Positions 1-12,742 are shown, counted from the first letter of the whole stretch. The stretch: 62,650 nt of DNA, filler included, from Pirum gemmata (GCA_002812295.1; 23 parts of 23 records of this genome joined end to end with filler, not necessarily neighbours in it); one strand, 5' to 3'. Made by a program: numbers and translations. The notes: generated by a model not told the origin, from the sequence alone.

Positions 1-69
1 ATTTAAATCTTCCCTTTCATCATCGGTATTAGCATCACCATCAACAATAACAATAGGCTCATCAATAGA

Positions 70-128
<59 letters not shown>

Positions 129-863
129 AATCATCGTTATTATCATCATCATTATTATTATTATTATTATCAGTACTATCATTATCAATATCATTTTTTA
201 AAACACCTTGTTCAACATTTACATTTTCAAAAACTTGTTGCAAAACATCATTTTCTTTTACATCCTCTTCATCTTCTTCTATTATTGTCTGTTTAACCTT
301 CTTCACCTCAATATTATGTATTGAATTAATATTACCAATACCATTTATACCCTTAAGTTTAATAATTGACAATAACTCTATAATCCTACAATAATCATTT
401 TCATTATCAGCATACATATAAAAAGTTCTAGCGCTAGGGGCAGTTAGTTTAAACGTATATTTTTTATCTTTTGGATCATTAGCGTCTAAATCAGTTAATG
501 TATAAGTTTTTAAGTTAATAAACCCTTTAGCCACCTGATCACTACTTTTAGTTAAGTACAACATATGGATTGTTCCAACTTGTTTGTTGTACGCTATTAT
601 CCAGTATCTCCTTTTCCACGACTTATAACCACCACCTTGTTTTGTCAAAAATCCACAATCTATTTCAGTGTTCCTTTCTGATCGGTATAATAAACCGTGT
701 TTAAGCATTAGACTAGGGGGTCGACCCGTTGTTTTGTTGGTCGAAACAGGCTTAGTTGTTTTTCTTGGTACTACTTCATTATTATTATTATTGTTATTGT
801 TGTTGTTGTTGTTGTTGCATTCACTACTACGTTTTTTTACTAGTTGATTATTATCGTCGTCAC

Positions 864-912
<49 letters not shown>

Positions 913-972
913 ATTGTTGTTGTTGTTGTCATTATTAGCATCATTATTATTATCATTATTATTATCATTATT

Positions 973-1018
<46 letters not shown>

Positions 1019-2385
1019 CTATCACTATCTTCATCGTAACCATTATTAAACTGATTAGTAACTTGCTCTTCACCGATGGTTTTGGCTAAAATGTTTTTCA
1101 ATAAATCCATCCATTTTTCAAACTGGTCTTCATTTTCTGCACACATATAAAAAGTCCGACTTTTCGGTGCACAAAGCTTAAACATAAACTTATTTTGAGG
1201 GTCAGATTTAATAATAGGGGCTAAGTAATAAGTTTTCAAATCCACTAAACCCTTTGCCACTTTATCTGAGGGTTTCATTAGATATAATAAAAACACTTCT
1301 TGATGTTCTTTGTTGTAACTAATAACACAAAAACGACGTTTCCAAGTTTTTACTCCACCCCCTTGTTTAGTTAAGTAACCACCAATAATTTCACTATTCG
1401 CGTGTGATCGGTACAATACTCCATGTTTACTTTGCATTGCGTAGCTTACAGCCTCGCTGGATTTGGTAAGTAAAGAAGGGTCTAAAGCACTAGCTCCATG
1501 TTTCTCCAACATCTCTTTTATATAAGAATCCTTGCATTTAATACAAACTCGATCAACACCACCAACAGCAGATTGATTAGTTAGTGTACAATCATTACAA
1601 AAAATGCCCCCACACACTCGACAATGATGTCTGCGACGCCCAAAGCGAAATTTCAAACAACAAGATTGACAAGCAGTCACCATATCATCGGGAGTCCAGA
1701 TGGCCGCCATTTTATTTTCCTCTATGGTTTTTGAGTAAGATTCCATGTTTTTCTTCACAATGTTAACTTGTTTTTCAAGTAAATTTAACCATTCTTTGCC
1801 TTCTTTTAGAGTATTACCATAAACACCAAAAGAAACGGTTTTAGTTAAAATATGAAAACCAGATTCTCGATCACAATCAGCTTCGTCAGTAATTGCACGA
1901 GCTTCAAAACCATCCATAAACTCCAAATTAGCTCTAAACTCATAATTCCCATCTTGAAGAATTGTAGCGTAAGTTAAACAATCTGTAAACAAGAAAAACA
2001 TCCTTGGTTTTTTACCTTTTCGACACATTTTATCTAATTTCCCTGTTTTTATTAATGTGCGGCCTTGTTTAAAAAAAATGTCGCGAATGTCTTCTTTATT
2101 AGGGAATTTTTTGCACAACATTAAAGTGTTGTTTTGCATTTCTAATTCTTTACAACTGTCATTAATACTACTAGCTACCTCGCACATAACACTTAAAGCG
2201 GAGTGACAATTAGCGTAATCTTCATGGTCTTCGTCTAGTTGTTTGCAGTAATCTTCTAAAAACATACGGTAACGAGGAATACGTTGTACTGGTGTGAGTA
2301 AGAAAGCTCTCAAGTTTAAACCCATGCACTGTTCTTTGCCGATTTTGGCTAAGAAATTGTCAAAGGCAGGACTTTTTTGAAATAA
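1..2385 (-). CDS. Large internal exon of an FGD-like Rho GEF (C-terminal part of DH, PH, FYVE, PH, D/N-rich linker, PH); open at the window edge
   Basis: Manual translation gives 795 codons without a stop, starting after a tgtAG acceptor at 2390-2386. DH motif LNLRAFLLTPVQRIPRYRMFL; PH GRTLIKTGKL..PRMFFLFTD; FYVE WTPDD..CQSC..RRRHHCRVCGGIFCNDC..RVCIKC; two PH domains GYLTKQGGGVKTWKRRF and GFLTKQGGGYKSWKRRY. Probably absent from the ORF track because no stop lies in the window. Confidence 0.93.
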
Positions 2386-2476
2386 CTACATGTAGGATAT
2401 TAAATAATAATAATTAATAATTAATAACTAATAATAAATAATAAATAATAATAACTAATAATAATAATAATAATAA

Positions 2477-2576
2477 NNNNNNNNNNNNNNNNNNNNNNNN
2501 NNNNNNNNNNNNNNNNNNNNTTAATTAATTAANNNNNNNNNNNNNNNNNNNNNNNNNNNNNNNNNNNNNNNNNNNN
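2477..2576. other. Artificial contig linker (N44-TTAATTAATTAA-N44); first of 22
   Basis: The same 100-bp spacer starts at 2477, 5668, 8264, 10809, 13404, 15967, 19768, 22309, 24872, 27415, 29982, 32575, 35152, 37699, 40267, 42823, 45388, 47929, 50491, 54933, 57525 and 60059. TTAATTAATTAA puts stops in all six frames. Confidence 0.98.
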
Positions 2577-2718
2577 GTATTATTATTATTATTATTATTA
2601 TTCCTTTTGTTCCTTTTGTTATCTTGTTTAGTCCTGCTGTTGTGAATGTCACTTTCCCTTTCCCTTTTTGTGCATATTAATAATGTTTGTTTGTTTTTTG
2701 TTTTTTGTTTTTTTACAG

Positions 2719-3082
2719 GAGTTTTCTTGTAACCAGAGATTATAACAATGCTGCGTACTATCTCAACCTTGAAAAGCAAACTATAGAAAACTTAGTATAC
2801 GGAAATGATGGATTTGAAAGTATGCTTAACATAAAGGAAAATAGTACCAACTGTAGTACAGTCAATGATGACGATGACAATGCTGCTGACGACGATGATG
2901 GCATCATTGAGATTACCAGTAACCAGAATGGTGATAAAATTGGCGAGGATTATATGCATTACAACAATGGACTAACTTATTGTCATCGTGAAATAATAAA
3001 AGAAGCTTTGTATGAAAGTGGTCGAGCTATGGGGTGGGCTGACGCTATGGTGGATATGTTGTTAAAAGAATTTCACTCATAG
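2719..3082 (+). CDS. Probable 3'-terminal exon of an unknown protein
   Basis: Polypyrimidine tract plus ttttacAG at 2711-2718, then complex coding-like sequence SFLVTRDYNNAAYYL...GRAMGWADAMVDMLLKEFHS* with raised GC. Confidence 0.65.
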
Positions 3083-3958
3083 CTGAAGGATTGAGAATTA
3101 GTTTTTTATTAATTTATTTAGCACCTGGAAAGAGACGTTGACTAATAAGAGGTCTATTATAAAAGTTCTCGGTGTTTTGTCCAGTATAGTGTTTCTGATA
3201 TATATAGAAAGGTCTTGTTAAGCCAATTAAATATATCAAATAAAATTTAAATATTTAATAATGTCTTTTTATTGGATTAAACAAAACAAACTCTCTGTCA
3301 GCAAAGTGTTGTCCAAATTAGTAATTTTCATTGGTCAAATTCCCATTTTTTGGTATACTGTTAGGGTTAGGGTTAGCAGGAACTTGTCATAACTTTACCA
3401 TCTGCCAAATACGGTAATACCAACTTGGCAAGGGTTCGGGTTAGGGTTGTGCACTCTTATTAGTAAATATAAAATGAACCCAAATAAATGAAGAAATAAA
3501 TGAAGAAATAAATAAATAGACAAAATTGAATAAATAAGTAAATAAATATATCTTAAATATCATTCTCACCTTAACCCTAACCCTAACCGCAATTTCATGA
3601 TCACTTTAATATACTTATTTTTTGGGTACTCTGAAGCATATAGTTGAATTTTGTTCTACAAGAATGATAAAAAACGAAAAATAGACCAAATCAGTTAAAA
3701 TTATTTAAAAATTAATGACATATTTAAAAATACATTATAATTACATAAAAATGATTTATAAATAAGGCGCGTTTTTATTTCAGAAAAATCAGTGCAAAAA
3801 CATCTTTTTTTTCTCTTCAGGTATTATTTTTCTGAGAAGCATGTTTTGTATCACAGAACAACTTTGCAGTAAGCTTTTATTATTATTATTATTTCTTCAT
3901 CTGGGTTTTAATTTTTCTGATAATAATGTTATCCTCTATTTTTTCTTTCTCTTTTTTT

Positions 3959-4744
3959 TTAGACATTGCCGTTTATCCATATTTCACTTATATTGTTTTG
4001 TTTAAGTAATTCTTTATAAATCAAAAAATTTTGATACCCATTAGCAGGGCTAGCAAAATAGTACTCTTCTGAATCTAAATTTAGTACAACACAAAATAAA
4101 TATAATATAATGTAAGGCAATAAAAAGAACAGTCCCCCTCCCCTCAAATAAAAAATTAAACAAAAACAAAAACAAAAGCAAAAATAAAACAAGACCCCCA
4201 TAAGGGAACAGGAAAATCATTATTAGTTCAATAATTTAATAATTCAGTCACTAACTCAACAAGCAATTTCAAGCTTTTTCTATCTTTTATTTAAAGTTTA
4301 ATAATAAAGTTTCGAAAAAAGAAAAAAAAAAACATGAGTTGAATATAAATATGAGTTTAATTATTAAAATTTCCCACACCTTCTCTGGGAACTTATTTTT
4401 ATAATAGAACCCTATATGCTTATCTCTGGAATATACATGTAACCACTAGACTTACACATGTAGTTATAGTGATAGAGGGTCTATACTATTTTCTTGTACC
4501 TAGGAGAAGTTAAACAAGAGTATAACAATAATTGTAGTTGTGGCTTTTTCATTGTTGTCTTTACATAGTAAAGGAAGTGAGTATGTGGCTTAATTTTTTA
4601 AATGAAATACCTGATAACCCAGAGCATATGACATCAACTTGTTGCTTATCAAAATTATCACTATGAACAGTTATTCTCCACTTGTGCCGATCTTTTACTG
4701 AGCGACAGGCAAATGGAAGAACAACATCGCACTTAGACGAATAC
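3959..4744 (-). CDS. Last two exons (4744-4611 and 4074-3959) of a protein with a lectin-like C-terminal module of the MTC6/Rv2075c (PI-PLC-like) type
   Basis: ttcAG acceptor, GTATTT donor and tttAG acceptor with matching phase (G+AT=Asp). Spliced peptide YSSKCDVVLPFACRSVKDRHKWRIT...VICSGLSDSEEYYFASPANGYQNFLIYKELLKQNNISEIWINGNV* has the pattern C..FACR..W..C..F.xP.N..N..L..WIN. Family call is by motif recall. Confidence 0.7.
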
Positions 4745-5189
4745 CTGAATAGGAAAAATAATGAATGAAATTATTAGAATAAAAAACAAAAAACAAAACA
4801 AAAAAATGGAAATCCAATATCTTTCCGTTAGGAGATAAACAAAAGTTACTTAATAATTTTAAAAAATTTTCTCTTACTCAACTTCCAAACTCAACTACCA
4901 AACTCAACTTCCAAATATGGAGAATTATTATTATTATTATTATTGTCATTATTATCATTGTTATCATTATTATCATTATTATTATTAATACTATTATTAT
5001 TATCATTATTATCATTATTATCATTGTTTTTGTTTTTTAATCCATTTTATTTTTTAAAAGATAATATAATAATAATAATAATAATGATGATGATGGTNNN
5101 NNNNNNNNNNNNNNNNNNNNNNNNNNNNNNNNNNNNNNNNNNNNNNNNNNNNNNNNNNNNNNNNNNNNNNNNNNNNNNNNNNNNNNNNN

Positions 5190-5244
<55 letters not shown>

Positions 5245-5261
5245 ACGACAACAATAACAGC

Positions 5262-5299
<38 letters not shown>

Positions 5300-5320
5300 C
5301 ATTAAGTTCACACGACTTAC

Positions 5321-5404
5321 TATTTTATTTTCTTCTTTTCTTTTCTGTATTTTTAATTCCTGAATGGCAAAAAGAATTCTACCAACATTGTTGGTGAGAT
5401 CCCT
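5321..5404 (-). CDS. Candidate small internal exon (RDLTNNVGRILFAIQELKIQKRKEENKI)
   Basis: ttttcAG acceptor, GTAAGT donor, 84 nt, open in only one frame. Confidence 0.45.
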
Positions 5405-6224
5405 CTGAAAAATGTTAAAGTTGAAAAAGGATACCATGAAAAGAGAAATTGTATTAGGCTTACTGTTCAAGATGGTATACTAGTTGTTTTTTATCTTGGC
5501 TTTTTTTTTTCTTGTAATAACAATAAAAATAGTAATAATAGGGTTAGGGTTAGGGTTGTCTTGACTTTTTTCTTCCATGTAATAACAATAAAAAGAGTAA
5601 TAATAAAAATAAATAAAACTAATAACAATAACAATAACAATAACAATAACAATAACAATAACAATAANNNNNNNNNNNNNNNNNNNNNNNNNNNNNNNNN
5701 NNNNNNNNNNNTTAATTAATTAANNNNNNNNNNNNNNNNNNNNNNNNNNNNNNNNNNNNNNNNNNNNTTTTTTTTTTTTTTTTTTTTTTTTTTTCTTACA
5801 TCTTTGACTCCCCTATGATCATACTTAAAAAAAAATTTCGCAGTTTTATTTTTTAAGCCAAATTTAATTGGACCCAGTCAAAAAATAAATTGGTAAGTGT
5901 TAAAGCTATTAAAAAATTAATAATTATATGTAAATTTTTTTTTGGTAGTCTCAAAAAAAAAATGCGCAAATTAACATTTTCAGGAGCGCCGCTCGAAGTG
6001 GATTCTACAAGTTTCGAATATAAAACAATGATGAGTAACATTTGAACTAATGAAACTTTTACCTCTCTTGAATAGTGTAAAATAGTAAATCTAATTATAG
6101 TAGATACCAATTAAAGTAGTAATATTAACATTAATAGTAATAAAAACCATAAAATNAATAAAAAAATGACGTCATCTCACCCCTACTACCAAAAGTCACA
6201 TATTGGATATTAATACTATATAAA

Positions 6225-6457
6225 AGTAGGGGTGAGATATCTACTTGAACTTTTTTCGAACATATGCTTATCGAGCCAACCTTAGTTCCGTGTTCTTTAC
6301 TAATAATAGCAGTTAAATAACGTAAAATAGTAAATCTAATTATAATAGTTACCAATAAAAGTAGTAATATTAACATTAATAGTAATAAAAACCATAAAAT
6401 CGGAAAAGTTTCGGCAGCTGTTCGGTAATAATAAAATGACGTCATCTCACCCCTACT
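6225..6457. mobile_element. MITE family A1 (TIR AGTAGGGGTGAGAT), 233 bp
   Basis: Near-identical inverted copy at 21770-22002; partial copies at about 6072-6187, 19868-19897, 20185-20349 and 21595-21703. Confidence 0.85.
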
Positions 6458-6681
6458 ATTCTAACCCAAAGAAAACCAACAAGATAATGGACGTTGAAAC
6501 CCCAACCTTTTCAATAATATAAAATACAGTATTAGTTATAGCATACCAAATTAGTTAAAACATGTCTGATAGTTTAATAATAATAATAATTTGGTATGGT
6601 TTATTTCAGTTTTGAACTGGAAAAACATACCAAATTGTTTAAAACATGTCTGATAGTTTATTTGAGAAACATACCAGTAGA

Positions 6682-6927
6682 AGGAGTGGTGAGCACCCCC
6701 TTTGCGAACATTTTTAAGGGCGAAGGGTGAAGTGGAAGGCTATTCGCCACTTCGCAGTTACCATAAATAGTATTTATATAGCTATAACTAGTAGCTACTT
6801 TTTAGAAGCTACTATTAATAGTAGCTATTATTCTATTTAAAGTAATTTTAATCACAAAAATTTCATTTTGGCGAACTTTTGGTACCAGAGCCTTCAATTA
6901 GTAAAATGACGTCATCTCATCCCTCCT
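6682..6927. mobile_element. MITE family A2 (TIR AGGAGGG(A/G)TGAG)
   Basis: Reverse-complement copy of 17900-18143; flanks CCAGTAGA/CCGTAGA form a degenerate TSD. Confidence 0.85.
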
Positions 6928-7007
6928 CCGTAGACTAGTAGCTAGCTACTAGCTAGCTAGAGACTACTAGTAGCTAGTAGCTATCGATAACTAGTCTATC
7001 ATATTGC

Positions 7008-7710
7008 TACACAGTCTGTAGTATATGGCGTAATTACAATAATCATTTTCGCAACAGAAACTATTTGCAATGTGGGAGTACTATTTCCATATTTGGATGT
7101 ATTTAAGTTTTTTGATACTTTTTTGGTTATCTTTTGTTTGAATTACGGGTAAAAAATTGACACAAAACACTAATTAGGATAATTAGACTAATTACACCCT
7201 TTACAGTAGCCAGTGCACAGTCTGTAGTAAATGGCGTAATTAGAATATTCAGTTTCTCAACAGAAACTATTTGCAATGTGGGAGCACTATTTTCATATTT
7301 GGCAGTATTTAACTTTTTTGGTACTTTTTTGGTTATCTTTTGTTGAGTCAAAACACTAGCAAAAGTACTAACAAAACACTAATTAGACTAATTACACCCT
7401 TTACAGTAGCTGCTACCACTACACAGTATGTAGTAAATGGCGTAATTAGAATAATCAGTTTCTCAACAGAAACTATTTGCAATGTGAAGCACTATTTCCA
7501 TATTTGGCAATATTGAAGTTTTTTGTTACTTTTTTGGTTATCTTTTGTTGAACTAGGGAGCGTTCGGTCAAATACAGCTTTAAATACCCCTATCTACCTA
7601 CCCTTCGACGTTAAATTCCTGTCAAATACCACCTACCTACCTACCCCTTGACGTGACGTATTATTTGATTGCTCCCTTACACTAATTACACCCGTTACAG
7701 TAGCTACAGT
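7008..7710. repeat. About 205-bp tandem repeat (3 copies plus remnant), interrupted by a family-B MITE at 7556-7676
   Basis: Unit CACAGTCTGTAGTA.ATGGCGTAATTA...CAACAGAAACTATTTGCAATGTG recurs near 7010, 7215 and 7420; CTAATTACACCC.TTACAGTAGC resumes after the MITE. Confidence 0.85.
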
Positions 7711-8472
7711 AGCTAGAGGCATGGACTTTTAAAAAAAAAAAAAAAATTAAACTTTTTATATTTATACTTATTTGGTATCATAGTCCAGCACTTTCCATGT
7801 TTCGGCTCAAAAACTGAAATAAACATACCAAATTATTATTATAGTTAAATTATCGGACAGATTTTAACTAATTTGGTATCTTATAAGTAATATTTTATTT
7901 TATAAAAAAGTTCAATTATATACTTAAAAGGTACCAAATTAAACATTGAGAGGATAACTAAAAATATAATTATTTAGTTATAGAATAGTAAACTTATTTA
8001 TTAAATTTTTTATTGATAAAAAATTGATTATAAACGAAAGGATTTATTGTTATTAATCATTGTTTATTTGTTTATATTATTGTTTATTTGTTTATATTAT
8101 TGTTTATTTGTTTATATCATTTTGGTTTTTTTTTTTTCATTTGCATTGTTCATCTCTCTGATTTATCAATATTATATTTATAATATAAACAGAATAAAAA
8201 TTGTATAGCATTTATTGTTAAGCATTATTGTTTATTTGCATCGTGCTTCTCTCTGTTTTATCANNNNNNNNNNNNNNNNNNNNNNNNNNNNNNNNNNNNN
8301 NNNNNNNTTAATTAATTAANNNNNNNNNNNNNNNNNNNNNNNNNNNNNNNNNNNNNNNNNNNNTGTTTTTTTTTTTTTTTTTTGTTTTTTTTTTGTTTGT
8401 TTGTATTTGGTATTTGTCACTCGTGGATCGCTTTTTGAACACCGTTTGAACTCTTATTAAATTTGATAAACT

Positions 8473-8999
8473 TTAGCTGGCTTTCGTATTAACACCACCC
8501 AATTCATTTTGGGAAACCGCCAAATCACTACCAATAGCCCAGAAACCATCAGCTGCACCCCATTTATCATAAGCTAAATTCATACCTCCAGTTTGATCAT
8601 GAAGATTCGAAAAGAAGCTTGTAAATAATGCGAGCTGTTTGGCATGAACGTACAGCGCCACTGAGTTAAAACACCAGAAGACTCATCTGCCATGCTTTAC
8701 AATTATTTCTAATACATTGAAATGATTCTTGGTTAATTAACAGCATGTAAATTATTATTATTTCGAAAAACCGAAACAAAGGCTTTTACATCATTGAGTT
8801 TATCACCAATAAACACGGCTCCCAAACCAGCTACGGTTTGCGTGTTTGATGTGAAAGTGGTGATAATATGCATTGGTACGTAGTTCGCTCTGATTTCCTC
8901 TTCAAAATCACTTGTATAATCTTGATAGAATCCTACTTCATACAGATTTAGTGCTAAATCTGTTAATACAAAACTTAAATCAGGAATTGCATTACTTAT
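8473..8999 (-). pseudogene. Decayed coding-like segment of unknown origin
   Basis: About 88 stop-free codons (ISNAIPDLSFVLTDLALNLYEVGFYQDY...AGLGAVFIGDKL) followed by frame-shifted pieces ending GGMNLAYDKWGAADGFWAIG; no family recognised. Confidence 0.4.
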
Positions 9000-9879
9000 A
9001 TTATATTATAATATATATTTATATATATAAACGCTTTTAAAAGACAACTGGCATTCTTATTTATAGATTTTGGTACGATTTTATTCTTAATTTTTTTAGT
9101 TAAAATTGGCACTTTTTGACTATTTATATACTTTTTAGGGTGTATAGTCTTATATTTTGGACGTAATAATTCAAATTTTTTTTTTCTTGAACTTTTTCTT
9201 GAACTCCTTGTTGAAGTTTGAACAAGAAAAATCCTTGCTTTTTTTTTTATCTTTTTCTTTGCCAAATATAGTAAAAAAAAACTCCATTCCATATCGTTCG
9301 AAACAAATCTTTTCAACATTCGTTTTGAAAAATCCTAAAATTCGGTTTTAAACAAAGGCTCGAAAATTGAAAGTTTTTTAAAAAATCAAACAAGTTTTTA
9401 CCTTCTGATCGGCTCCACTAAAATCAACGGAGTATGGACTATCTATATGGACTATGGAGTGCTGGATTACAAATAAAGTAAAATAAAAAAATACATTTTC
9501 TTATTTTTTTTTTACATAAAAAAATATAAATGTTTTAAAAAAATGATATTATTATTTTTATTTTATTAGCATTAATTATTATTATAATATTAACTACCAT
9601 TTTATCAATATTATTTATCATTATTATTATTATCCTGTATATTATTAAAATACAACCAGGTTTTTTTTATCTTATAAATATATACAATTTATATTAACAT
9701 ATTAATACACAATGTCATGTTTATTATTATTATTTATTATTATTAACATTATTACTAACAGCAACAACAACAACTTCATCATCATCAACAACAGCAACAA
9801 AATCATTTTTTAATAAAGCAACTAGATATTATTAATAAATAAAAACCCATGAAAAGTGACCTGGGTACCTTTATTTTAA

Positions 9880-10770
9880 AACACTCATAATATTATCTCC
9901 ATTAATATTGCTATTGTTACTATGAAGATGATTATTAATTAAGACAACTATATAGTACAAGACTTAATCTTTATTATACTTATAATAATCATCATCTTCA
10001 TCCCAACCCTAACCCCAACCCTAACCCCAGCCCTAATCCTAACCCTAACCCCAACCCCAACCCTAACCCTAACCCCAACCCTAACCCTAACCCCAACTCT
10101 AACCCTAACCCTAACCCTAACCCTAACCCTAACCCTAACCCAAACTAACCTAACAAAGTAATCATATTAATAGCTTCTCTTTCAAATATATAATCCTCAT
10201 GATCATCACTACTAAATAAAAATGACAAAAAAAGCGGAACATCAAACAAATCCAAAGTTGGGCCTGTCAACAAAAATTTAGAATTTTTTTTATATAAACC
10301 GTTAATAATAATATGAAGATGAGATTAATTAAGACAATATTATATACATATAGTATACGTACATAACTTAATCTTTGTAGTTATAATAGCAGCAACAACA
10401 ATGAAGACATGGGAGTTTTTAAAGTGACGTAATTATTAAGACAACTAACTATATGTTACTATGAAGATGATTATTAATTAAGACAACTATATAATACAAG
10501 ACTTAATCTTTATTATACTTATAATAATCATCATCTTCATAGTATTAACTTTAAACGCTCATATAATATATCCATTACTATATTGTTAATAATAATATGA
10601 AGATGAGATTAATTAAGACATAACTTAATCTTTTTAGTTATGATAGCAGCAACAGCAATGAAGACATGAGTGTTTTTAAAGTGACATAATTTTTAAAAGA
10701 CAACTATAGAGTACATGACTCAATCTTTTTACTTGTAATAATCATCATTTTCATATTAACAACTTTAAAC
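9880..10770. repeat. Complex AT-rich repeat of ATGAAGATGA.ATTAATTAAGACA...CTTAATCTTT subunits in both orientations, with an embedded CCCTAA array (about 10005-10150)
   Basis: Subunits seen directly near 9920, 10310, 10460 and 10595. Confidence 0.75.
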
Positions 10771-10777
10771 GCCATCA

Positions 10778-10808
<31 letters not shown>

Positions 10809-11009
10809 NNNNNNNNNNNNNNNNNNNNNNNNNNNNNNNNNNNNNNNNNNNNTTAATTAATTAANNNNNNNNNNNNNNNNNNNNNNNNNNNNNNNNNNNN
10901 NNNNNNNNTAATAATAATAATAATTTTAATACTTTTAATACTTTTAATAATTTTAATAATTCTATTCTATTTTTTTCTATAATATCATACAAACTATACA
11001 AACAATCGA

Positions 11010-11060
<51 letters not shown>

Positions 11061-11223
11061 CACGGCTGTAATAGCTGTATTGTTTTCTACTTCGAGAATC
11101 GACATTTTATTGCAATGTTTGTAGAACGGAAAATAATAGAAAATGAAGACGAGGAACCGAATACCTTCAAAAAGACATGGTATGAAGCAAGGGCCACCTA
11201 CCCTGGCATAGCCCAGATGGACT

Positions 11224-11602
11224 TAATACAATCATAACGAGCGACTATTTATATATATATATTCATTCACACACCTACATAATAGCTATCTTGGTTCGAT
11301 TCTTGAAGTAGAAAATAATACAGCTATTACATATTAACGTCATTTTATTGCAATGTTTGTAGAACGGAAAATAATAGAAAATGAAGATGAGGAACCGAAT
11401 ACCTTCAAAAAGACATGGTATGAAGGTATTCGGTTCCTCATCTTCATTTTCTATTATTTTCCGTTCTACAAACATTGTAATAAAATGACGTTAATATGTA
11501 ATAGCTGTATTGTTTTCTACTTCGAGAATCGAACCAAGATAGCTATTATGTAGTTGTGTGAATGAATATATATATATTTAATCGCTCGTTATGATTGTAT
11601 TA
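11224..11602. repeat. Near-perfect long palindrome/foldback (arms about 183 bp, 13-nt loop at 11408-11420)
   Basis: 11224-11407 is the reverse complement of 11421-11602 with few mismatches, which explains the mirror ORFs 11275-11475 and 11353-11553. Confidence 0.95.
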
Positions 11603-12392
11603 CAATATATTTAAAGAATTTTATTTAATAAATATTAACGAGTATGTGGTTATTACAATTTTGATTCTGTTTACAATTTCTTTCTCATACATATTATGCT
11701 TTTCCTCTTTCCTTTATAATGTTATACAACTTTTGAAACCAACAAAAGAAACCATCTTTCTAATTATTGTTGCCCAAATCTTTTCACAGGCCTAAGCCCT
11801 TTTAAAAAACCTGTTCCAAGCTTGACATGACGTCACCACTTCTTCTCGAGCTCGAAACTCACCTCGAACACTCGAGCTGTGACACGGCATTTTTTTATGT
11901 AGTTGGTTTTGGCATGTTTTGGCACTGTTTTGGCCCACCAGGGGTGGATTTTCCGTACCAGAAATGCAAAAAAAAAATAAAAAAAATAAAAAAAAAAATT
12001 ACCCTTTCTGAGAATTTTTATGTACGTCACTTAATGTTTATGACGTCATAACATCCGTTTTAATTATAAAAATGACGCAATACATTTTAACATTTAGTAG
12101 TCATTTAGTGTCTACTCGTAACTCGACCCCAACCCCAACTTCGCTTCTAGCTAGCTAGTAGTAGTAGTAGTAGCTATCGATAGCTATCTAGTTATCGATA
12201 GCCCCTACCACTGGGGGCACCTAAGCTAGGCCTAGCTAGCTAGTAGTATCGATAGTATGATCGATAGTAGCCCCTACTAACCCCAACCCGACCCCACCCC
12301 CTTGGGCCCGGTCTAAGTTTTTTTGTTTTTTGGGGCTTCAGTTAGTTAAATTTTTGCTTCCTAGTAGTCTATAGAAAGGTTGTGCCTATTTA

Positions 12393-12526
12393 GGGAGCGT
12401 TCAAATAATAAGTCACGTCAAGGGGTAGGTAGGTAGGTGGTATTTGACTGGAAATTAACGCCGAGGGGTAGGTAGGTAGGGGTATTTGAAGCTGTGTTTG
12501 ACCGGAAGTTGGCGTTAAACGCTCCC
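12393..12526. mobile_element. MITE family B, PIF/Harbinger (Tourist)-like; TIR GGGAGCGTT, TSD TTA
   Basis: TTA|GGGAGCGTT...AACGCTCCC|TTA. Other copies at 7556-7676, 22016-22162, 28308-28439 (ATA/ATA) and about 49600-49728; partial copies near 16396, 23570, 42665 and 59127. Confidence 0.8.
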
Positions 12527-12589
12527 TTATCATTATCATTATGATATAGTGCTTTTAAATGAAATGCACGATATGATAATATCATCCAT

Positions 12590-12742
12590 AAAGGACGTCA
12601 CCTAATCTTGCCTTGCCTCTTTGTTCAAAACACTTTTAGTCATCATTTTAAAGTTTATTTTAATAATTAATTATTGCCTAAAACAGTTTTAAGTCACACT
12701 TTCGAGCAATGATTTTTATCAAAGAATTTAATGCTGTCCTTT
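12590..12742. mobile_element. Dispersed repeat family F (about 150 bp, ends AAAGGAC...GTCCTTT; possibly Kolobok-like)
   Basis: Core CAAAACACTTTT.GTCAT.ATTTTAAAG...AAGTCACACTTTCGAGCAATGA recurs at about 20487-20612, 24972-25030, 27922-28045, 47407-47508 and 54350-54476. Superfamily uncertain. Confidence 0.7.

Noticed and set aside
3..1089. Poly-Met/Ile ORFs 3-194, 840-1073 and 844-1089
   Set aside because: Alternative frames of the GAT/AAT repeats inside the real minus-strand exon.
11209..11302. Pol III A-box-like TAGCCCAGATGG and B-box-like GGTTCGATTC (tRNA or SINE?)
   Set aside because: No cloverleaf can be built, and a TTTT near 11343 would stop Pol III before the hairpin is complete.
11275..11553. 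Two near-identical 66-aa ORFs on opposite strands
   Set aside because: A by-product of the palindrome; non-ATG start and no protein-like features.
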